Shown: positions 6,587 through 12,625 of the stretch, one piece after another
Layout of the letters: each line of letters starts with the position of its first letter
Position numbering within the stretch: position 1 is the first letter of the stretch
Source of the DNA: Limisphaerales bacterium
GTDB lineage: Bacteria; Verrucomicrobiota; Verrucomicrobiia; Limisphaerales; JAJOIW01
DNA: 12,625 nt
NCBI GenBank assembly: GCA_965657355.1
Contig: CBFHOE010000001.1
Span: 333,161-345,785 of the forward strand
Direction: 5' to 3'
Notes under the pieces: model-generated
The model's database searches: none
The model's input: only the letters and a program-made list of their open reading frames with translations
What the model was told of the DNA's origin: nothing
Translations under genes and position numbers: made by a program

Positions 6587-7876
6587 TCAGCTTGAAATTC
6601 TTTTAAAGAGAATCTTTGATTTTCTTCCATTCGCCAAATAAGTCGATTTTCTTTCATCGGGTAAAAGTTCAATGGAGCCCTCGCTAAAACCCGATTTTCG
6701 GACAAAAAAGGAATAGGTTTGAGTACTCAAAGCAATAATTAAATCCAATCCAGATTTTTTGGCTAAATCCTCAATAAATCTCACTAGCCGTGACCCAATC
6801 CCTTTGTTTTCAAAATTGGGGTGCACGAAAAGAAAAGCCAATTCTCCGACATTACTATCGTGGTCTGCGTGAAGGGCAACGCAGCCCGCAATTTGATCAC
6901 GAGACAAAAGAACATAATAATCTTTTAAATTGTTGATGAGCTCATTGCGACTTCTTGATAGGATCTCCTCATTGTTGATAGCAGATTGGGTCATAGCGAG
7001 CATTTCACTAACATCATTTAATTCTGCTGGCCTAATATCATCGAATTCATTAGTGAAAACCAAGCTTCCGACACCCTCAGTTGAGAATATTTCTTTAAGT
7101 AAATCCCCATCTGATGTTCCATTTACTAAGTGCGCCCGTGAGACACCTGCTGTGCACGCCAAGTAGCAAGATTGCAATTTTGATCTCATGGATACAGATA
7201 CCGTCTTTTCTTGCGAAGTCTTTTTGACTATTGATTCAAGATCCGCGGTTGAAATTTGTCTCACCAAGTTGCCTTCCAAATAAAAACCAGGGTTATCAGT
7301 TAAAAATACAATCTTGATTGCCTTTAGTTTACTTGCGACGTTCCAGCAAATATTGTCAGAATTAACTCGGAATAGCTCTTGGTTACCGTTTCCGATTATG
7401 CACGGAATTATTGGAATAATTTCATTATCTATTAAAGAAAGCAGGAACCCAGTATCCACGCTCTGAACTTTCCCTGAAAATTTATGATTAACACCTTTTA
7501 TAATACCAAGTGGGTGAGCTTCCAGCGCATTAGTTATTGCCCCGTTAAGGTCGACTGAGGCGAGGCCTTCAAGTATAGTTTGACTTATTTTATGTGAGGC
7601 TTGCTGTGCTATCTCAAGAGTCTTGGCATCAGTTATGCCGCTTCCACTTAAGTCGGATAATTTACAATCGCTCCCCCGAGCAATTCTTTCCATTTCAGAA
7701 GCAGCTCCATGAACAATCGCCACTTTGATATTTAGAGATCTCATGACAGCTATATCCATCAAGAGGTTTGAAAAATTGGAGTGCGAGACCACGGCTCCAT
7801 CGAGAGAAAGGACGATTATCCTATCTTTATAGTCTTTTACATAACGCAATACTCCGCGTAATTCAGTGGGTCTCAT
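6587..7876 (-). CDS. argA: Amino-acid N-acetyltransferase (N-acetylglutamate synthase; AAK + GNAT domains)
   Basis: 429 aa. N-terminal AAK domain (LSLDG...DIAVMRSLNIKVAIVHGA, GKVQSVD, GVSRAHLVNG) with arginine-site signature EIFSTEGVGS. C-terminal GNAT domain (IRPA...D, GELAFLFVHPNFENKGIG, LSTQT, LPDERK..Y..GRKSKIL). Confidence 0.9.
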   Translation of the reverse strand: MRPTELRGVLRYVKDYKDRIIVLSLDGAVVSHSNFSNLLMDIAVMRSLNIKVAIVHGAASEMERIARGSDCKLSDLSGSGITDAKTLEIAQQASHKISQTILEGLASVDLNGAITNALEAHPLGIIKGVNHKFSGKVQSVDTGFLLSLIDNEIIPIIPCIIGNGNQELFRVNSDNICWNVASKLKAIKIVFLTDNPGFYLEGNLVRQISTADLESIVKKTSQEKTVSVSMRSKLQSCYLACTAGVSRAHLVNGTSDGDLLKEIFSTEGVGSLVFTNEFDDIRPAELNDVSEMLAMTQSAINNEEILSRSRNELINNLKDYYVLLSRDQIAGCVALHADHDSNVGELAFLFVHPNFENKGIGSRLVRFIEDLAKKSGLDLIIALSTQTYSFFVRKSGFSEGSIELLPDERKSTYLANGRKSKILFKRISS

Positions 7877-7929
7877 TCTGCTGGGCCTATGGGGTAGGTT
7901 TCTAAATTGGTCTCAAGATTTCTTTGTGC

Positions 7930-9042
7930 TTATATTGATTCTAGGAAATTACCTATTGAATTTAGAAATCTTTGGTTTTGTTCTTGCGTTCCAACGGATA
8001 TCCGAAGCCATTCCGGTAATTTATATCCTGCCATTGGTCTAGTAATGACGCCATCATTTTGCAAGTGTTTAAATGCACCAGATGCGTCTCCGACTTTTGC
8101 CAAAACAAAATTACAATACGAAGGTTCAACATGGATATCCATATTCTTCAAACCTTCAGTCAGTTGTAGAATCCCCCTTGTGTTAATTTCTCTACTCCTT
8201 TCAATGTATTTTTTGTCTGATAGTGCCGCCATAGCGGCGGCTTGGGCTACTAGGTTGACATTGAACGGCTGTCTGACTCGTTCTAATGCTGCAATGACGT
8301 CACCATCTCCGATTCCATACCCAATCCTCAGTCCGGCTAATCCATAAATCTTTGAAAAGGTTCTCATAACAAAGACGTTTGATTTTTCTCCATTCCGAAT
8401 GTATCTCAAATTATCAGCAGGATTATCCAAATATTCTACATAGGCTTCATCTAATATTAAGGGTATATGAGGGGGGATTGACTCGATAAATTGTGCGACT
8501 TCGGAGTTCGATGCCATCGTCCCAGTTGGATTGTTTGGATTTGCGACAAAAATGGCCGAGGTTTTATCCGTTACTGCTTGTGCCATGGCCTTGAGGTCAT
8601 GTCCTAAGCCATTAGCTTTTACCTCTACGACATCGCCCCCCATCATCAGAGAGAGGATAGGGTATATGGCAAAGCAGAATTGTGAACAGATAACTTCTGA
8701 CCCTGGTCTTACGAACGCATGAGCCAAAAACTCAATAATCTCATTCGAACCATTTCCGAGAATGATTTTGCTTTGTGGTATGTTTAAATGCTCACTTAAC
8801 TTGGTTTTTAGATAAAAGGAATTTCCATCAGGATATAAATGTACTGAGTTTATGGCCTCCTGCATTGCCTTGATGGATTCTTCTGGAGGGCCGAGAGGGT
8901 TTTCATTGGATGCCAGTTTGATAATGGAGTCAAATGAGAGGCCCAGCTCGCGGGCCACCTCTTCAATTGGCCTTCCCGGCTTATATGTCGGAAGACTTTT
9001 TAAATTCTCATTCAGTAGATTTAAAATTGGTTTTGATTGCAT
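7930..9042 (-). CDS. hisC: Histidinol-phosphate aminotransferase (class I-beta PLP enzyme)
   Basis: 370 aa. YKPG, IKLASNENPLGP, YPD, GNGSNEII, ANPNNPTG, DEAY, PLP-lysine motif RTFSKIYGLAGLRIGY, RQPFNVN and LRISVG. Confidence 0.92.
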   Translation of the reverse strand: MQSKPILNLLNENLKSLPTYKPGRPIEEVARELGLSFDSIIKLASNENPLGPPEESIKAMQEAINSVHLYPDGNSFYLKTKLSEHLNIPQSKIILGNGSNEIIEFLAHAFVRPGSEVICSQFCFAIYPILSLMMGGDVVEVKANGLGHDLKAMAQAVTDKTSAIFVANPNNPTGTMASNSEVAQFIESIPPHIPLILDEAYVEYLDNPADNLRYIRNGEKSNVFVMRTFSKIYGLAGLRIGYGIGDGDVIAALERVRQPFNVNLVAQAAAMAALSDKKYIERSREINTRGILQLTEGLKNMDIHVEPSYCNFVLAKVGDASGAFKHLQNDGVITRPMAGYKLPEWLRISVGTQEQNQRFLNSIGNFLESI

Positions 9043-9066
9043 AATTCATTTAGATCATTTTGAAAA

Positions 9067-10191
9067 TCAGTGCTTTGTTATATTCGAAGTGCTGGCTCCG
9101 ATAGATGCCAATATTTGTCCAACATCGACGTGTTCAGCGACGAGCTTCCGTATGACGCTGATTTTTTGAGTATCGGTCGGCCGGGTTTTGACAGTAAGGT
9201 CGTGCACTGCCGAAGCAACTGCGAATGTTTCTGATGATGTCGATAGAATAGGGAAGGGAACTTTTGAACCAATTTCAGATATCGAAGATGGAATTTTAGT
9301 AGAACCAGTTAAAACCACTCCAGCCAATCCCTCTTCGGCTTGTCCTACCAAGGATGATGCAACCGGGCCTAAAATGTCATCTCTGTTTTTGGGCACGATC
9401 AATAGTGACCCTTTGCGTATCAAATGGATTACCTCACTAGCACTCATAGCTCCGACAACCACATTATCCACTAAATTAATCATTCGCTTTGAGTTATTCA
9501 GCAGGTCGGCGTTGAGTTCGGAAAATATTAGGTCCATAGTGGGGCGTGATAAGACTGGCTCGTAGGGCAGGACTCCGAATAGCTTAAGGCCTTTTTTGGC
9601 AAATCCCATTTTTGTGATCCTGGTAATCTCTTCCAGTTTATGGGGTAATACTTTGTTGAGAATTACTCCAATGACTTCTACGCCTTCTCTCTCAAATAGC
9701 GCCTGATTGAGTGCAACTTCATCAATAGGTTTCCCTATGCCGCCTCTGGAAACAATAATAACTTTCGCCCCCAAAACTTTTGCTGCACGGGCATTTGAAA
9801 AATCAAAAACTGCTCCCACGCCTGCATGCCCCGACCCCTCACAAAGGACGAAATCTTTCTCCCACGCCACTCGATCAAAAGCTTGCTGTGTTCTTTTGAC
9901 AAGTCTCTCTGGGTCGGAATTTTCAATGTAATCGCGAGTGAAATTCGGTTCTATGGCAATTGGCGACATTTCCATTAATGGACAATTAAGTTTATAAACG
10001 GAGTCCATTAATAAAGTATCTTCGTCGATTTTTTGTTCCTCCACTTCAACAATGCGCTGCCCAACGGGCTTAATATATCCAACGCGAGGGTAGTATTTCC
10101 TTAAAGCTGCCATCAACCCCAGTGATGTTGTCGTTTTGCCGTCGTTTTGTCGGGTAGCCGCTATAAATACTCTGGGAGTGACTCTATTCAT
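9067..10191 (-). CDS. Stand-alone BioD-like P-loop ATPase + DRTGG-like domain protein (homologous to the N-terminal half of class II Pta)
   Basis: 374 aa. P-loop FIAATRQNDGKTTTSLGL, GYIKPVGQ, DFVLCEGSGH and GVILNKV, then VVVGAM...LLIVPKNRDDIL...GVVLTG...VPFPIL of DRTGG type. The start overlaps the pta stop (ATGA, 10188-10191). Confidence 0.85.
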   Translation of the reverse strand: MNRVTPRVFIAATRQNDGKTTTSLGLMAALRKYYPRVGYIKPVGQRIVEVEEQKIDEDTLLMDSVYKLNCPLMEMSPIAIEPNFTRDYIENSDPERLVKRTQQAFDRVAWEKDFVLCEGSGHAGVGAVFDFSNARAAKVLGAKVIIVSRGGIGKPIDEVALNQALFEREGVEVIGVILNKVLPHKLEEITRITKMGFAKKGLKLFGVLPYEPVLSRPTMDLIFSELNADLLNNSKRMINLVDNVVVGAMSASEVIHLIRKGSLLIVPKNRDDILGPVASSLVGQAEEGLAGVVLTGSTKIPSSISEIGSKVPFPILSTSSETFAVASAVHDLTVKTRPTDTQKISVIRKLVAEHVDVGQILASIGASTSNITKH

Positions 10192-11249
10192 GATTTGAGA
10201 TCTTTAGAGGTGAGCTTCAATGCTTTGGGGTAAGCGCTAGTAAGTTGATTGGACAGGAGGCCAGCAATTGCCGATACGCCTAAAATATCATGGGAATTAG
10301 ACCCTCTAGAGACATCAGCGGCTGCCCTATTTAGGCCCAAGATAATCTGACCGTAGGCATTAGATCGCCCCAAGTGCTGAGCCAATTTACTTGCAATATT
10401 GCCGGAATTGAGATCTGGGAATATTAAAACATTGGCCTTTCCTGCAACCATACTCTTAGGAGCCTTAGTGTCTGCGACGAAAGGAACAATGGCCGAATCC
10501 AGCTGTAATTCACCATCAAAATCTGCGTCCAGTCCTTGATCGTGAGCCAGTTTGCGTGCCAATTCGGTTGCATTTTTGACCTTCGTGACGCTGCCACTAG
10601 ACGATGAGCTCAAAGTGGAATACGAGAGCATGGCGACTTTCGGAGTTTCTCCAAGAAGATTAGATGCCAATTCTGCCGTGGAGACAGCAATGTGCGCCAG
10701 TTGGGTTTCCGTGGGCTCCGGGATTACCGCGCAGTCGGCCATGAACAATACGCCTTTGTTTCCAAATGCTGCATTTTCAAGTTCCAAAATCATACAGGAT
10801 GATGCTGTTTTCCTATGCGGAACAACGTCGATAACCTGAAATAATGGTCGAAGGAGTGATTCAGCCTCTTCGCTAGCACCTGAAATAATGCAGTCAGCTC
10901 TATTTGTCGCTGCCATCATGGCTCCAAAATAAGACGGCCTCAGCATCGTTGTTCTGGCTTCCTCCTGGGTCATCCCTTTTGCTTTTCTTATGTCGAAAAG
11001 GATATTTTGAAAGAGCTCTAGCTCATCTGCGTCAATAGGGTCGAGAATTCTGACCCCATCTAGTGGCACATTTAGCCTGTGGGCGGAGTCTTTTATTTCA
11101 GTCCTACTGCCGAGCAAAATGGGGACTCCAAGTCTTAGAGAATAGTATTGTCGAGCGGCTTGAATAATGCGAGGTTCGTTGCCTTCAGGGAAAACAACTC
11201 TCTTTGGGTGCCTTTGCAATTTTTCAATGACGCTTCCAATGAACCTCAT
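10188..11249 (-). CDS. pta: Phosphate acetyltransferase (PTA_PTB catalytic domain only)
   Basis: KRVVFPEG.EPRIIQAA, FGAMM, ADCAVIPEP, PKVAMLSYST, DGELQLDSA, GKANVLIFPDLNSGNI and catalytic DVSRGSNSHD. The ORF is open to 11303; ATG at 11249 (MRFIGS, 353 aa) is preferred on length. Acyl specificity is not established. Confidence 0.85.
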   Translation of the reverse strand: MRFIGSVIEKLQRHPKRVVFPEGNEPRIIQAARQYYSLRLGVPILLGSRTEIKDSAHRLNVPLDGVRILDPIDADELELFQNILFDIRKAKGMTQEEARTTMLRPSYFGAMMAATNRADCIISGASEEAESLLRPLFQVIDVVPHRKTASSCMILELENAAFGNKGVLFMADCAVIPEPTETQLAHIAVSTAELASNLLGETPKVAMLSYSTLSSSSSGSVTKVKNATELARKLAHDQGLDADFDGELQLDSAIVPFVADTKAPKSMVAGKANVLIFPDLNSGNIASKLAQHLGRSNAYGQIILGLNRAAADVSRGSNSHDILGVSAIAGLLSNQLTSAYPKALKLTSKDLKS

Positions 11250-11411
11250 ACTCCGTTTATAATATGATAAAGACCATATATCTAGATTGAACTGTGCCGC
11301 CATAAGATTCGAAGTGATAAGCTTCTAGATTCTTGCGTCGATTTAGCCTTAGGTGCATCATTCTTAAGCGATTTTGAGTTGATCAGGCTCATCTGCTTTG
11401 ATTCTTAAAAG

Positions 11412-12625
11412 ATGACCGGACCAAAAATAACTTTCAGATTTTTTTTATCTCTGGCTTCAGGGGCAGTTGGCAGTTTAGCTTTCCAAAGCGAGCCGGTCTC
11501 TGGGATTTCCTGGATCTGGCCGTTCCTGATGCTCGCGGTTGTAAATCACTCCAAAAGCGGTTGGCTTAGTGGTTACACCTCCGGGTTCGGTTTCTTTTCA
11601 ACCTCCATGTATTGGCTTTGGTTCAACCCCTTTCCTCAAGGCGCCATTCTAGGTTGGTTTGCCATGTCTTTATATTGTGGTTTGTATTTCGCGCTATGGG
11701 TTGGCCTTTCCCTGCGCTTGTGGGAATCTTTGCTCAAGCACGTCGATGCTGATTATTTGTCTTCAAAGAATTATCGCGGCTTTTCATTACTAATTGATGT
11801 CTCTCGAAAACCATGGCCGAAATATTGGCAACGATTATCTTGGTGTGTTTTTGCTTCCTGTTTATGGGTTGCTCTAGAGTGGCTTAGATGTCGCGTCATT
11901 ACTGGGTTACCATGGAATTTGCTTGGAATGACCCAGTCAAGTTTATCCGGTATTTCTACAATAGCCCAGTGGTCTGGTGTAAGCCTGGTCAGCTTCTTGG
12001 TCTGTTTTGTTTCATTGGTTATCGGGATGGCTTGCATTTCAATTGTTAAATATCCAGGTAAACCGATGTCCGGAATTAGAGAAGCATTCCCCGTTTTGAT
12101 TATTTTTGTTGGGGTTGTTTTCAACCATTTCCATCAAATCAGTTTAGCCATGGAAACCTCAAAGAATACCTTGCTTCCCGAATTAAGAGTCAGTTGCGTT
12201 CAGCCCGGGTTTTCCCAAAACGATATTTGGTCTTCAGACAAAACAAAGCGGGCCGAAATGTGGCAACATGTGATGGACCTGACAAAGGAAGCTGCTAATC
12301 ATCAGCCAGCCCCGGATCTAATCCTTTGGCCTGAAGGGGCCGTCTCCGGAATGACCGTGACTAAGCTCGAAGAAGTCTCAAAAATTGCAAAAGAAAAGCA
12401 AATAGCTTTCATCATTTCGATGTCAACTGCCAGCCGCGATCCTGAAAACCCAAAGAATTTTTTAGAATATAACAGTGCTGTTTTTATTGATGAAAATGGA
12501 AAATGGCTGGATAAAAACAACGACTGGCTGTTCGTTTATAACAAACAGCATCTCGTTCCATTCGGTGAATTTATACCTCTTGTTTCTCTTTTTCCTTGGC
12601 TTGCAGATATTCTTCCCATCGGAGA
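11412..12625 (+). CDS. lnt: Apolipoprotein N-acyltransferase, 3' end runs off the window
   Basis: Hand translation from ATG at 11412 is open to the edge. Membrane domain with WVALEWLRCRVITGLPWNLLGMTQ, then nitrilase domain RVSCVQP, DLILWPEGA (catalytic Glu, 12333-12335), YNSAVFI and YNKQHLVPFGEFIP (catalytic Lys, 12543-12545). The catalytic Cys lies beyond the window. Confidence 0.93.
   Translation, partial: MTGPKITFRFFLSLASGAVGSLAFQSEPVSGISWIWPFLMLAVVNHSKSGWLSGYTSGFGFFSTSMYWLWFNPFPQGAILGWFAMSLYCGLYFALWVGLSLRLWESLLKHVDADYLSSKNYRGFSLLIDVSRKPWPKYWQRLSWCVFASCLWVALEWLRCRVITGLPWNLLGMTQSSLSGISTIAQWSGVSLVSFLVCFVSLVIGMACISIVKYPGKPMSGIREAFPVLIIFVGVVFNHFHQISLAMETSKNTLLPELRVSCVQPGFSQNDIWSSDKTKRAEMWQHVMDLTKEAANHQPAPDLILWPEGAVSGMTVTKLEEVSKIAKEKQIAFIISMSTASRDPENPKNFLEYNSAVFIDENGKWLDKNNDWLFVYNKQHLVPFGEFIPLVSLFPWLADILPIG

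Noticed and set aside
7930..10191. Possible cobalamin or biotin cluster (CobB/CobQ/BioD-like ATPase next to a CobD-like PLP enzyme)
   Set aside because: The ATPase has a DRTGG-like C-terminus, not a glutaminase domain, and is longer than BioD. The PLP enzyme has HisC-type motifs (YKPG, LASNENP, RQPFNVN). No other cob or bio genes are present.
3121..11249. Single GlcNAc-to-acetate pathway linking nagB with pta
   Set aside because: The genes are on different strands and separated by unrelated genes, and no nagA is present, so there is no sequence support for co-regulation.
11250..11411. Divergent promoters for pta and lnt
   Set aside because: Promoters are expected here, but the candidate hexamers (TATTAT or TATCAT on minus; TTGATC...GATTCT with 15 nt spacing on plus) are too weak or mis-spaced to call.
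1649..12520. Short alternative-frame ORFs in the track (1649-1945, 1739-1927, 2536-2970, 2859-3143, 4873-5154, 4934-5194, 6012-6227, 6930-7166, 7907-8347, 8531-8722, 8852-9169, 9078-9272, 9188-9565, 9707-9931, 9735-9926, 10552-10839, 11771-12124, 12302-12520)
   Set aside because: All overlap well-supported genes in antisense or shifted frames and show no recognisable motifs, so they are shadow ORFs. The last two lie opposite lnt.
1..12625. tRNA, rRNA, CRISPR arrays, IS elements, prophage or defence genes
   Set aside because: Intergenic gaps are short (at most about 260 nt). I saw no cloverleaf, spaced direct repeats, terminal inverted repeats or transposase/integrase motifs.

Overview
Gene-dense bacterial chromosomal window of moderate GC content. 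It holds 12 CDSs, and I see no RNA genes, mobile elements or CRISPR arrays. The protein families (UvrB/UvrC-motif protein, 'GDEEYRSEE' ThuA-like secreted protein, split Pta pair) suggest a PVC-superphylum organism, probably Verrucomicrobiota; this is inferred, not searched. Left to right: (-) moxR AAA ATPase, DUF58 protein and a polytopic membrane protein, probably transglutaminase-like, truncated by the left edge; (+) nagB-like deaminase; (-) UVR-motif protein; (+) secreted ThuA-like protein with an intrinsic terminator; (+) small orphan membrane-anchored protein; (-) pta, stand-alone BioD-like ATPase/DRTGG protein, hisC and argA; (+) lnt, truncated by the right edge. The two edge CDSs are missing from the supplied ORF track, so I translated them by hand. 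Most interesting observations: (1) a split, order-reversed class II Pta whose free BioD-like half keeps DTBS-type catalytic motifs, co-oriented with argA and with no ackA in view; (2) sigma70-like promoters that place the transcription start on the start codon (leaderless mRNAs) for at least two GTG-start genes; (3) a divergent NagB and an uncharacterised UVR-motif protein. Otherwise the region looks mostly like housekeeping sequence.
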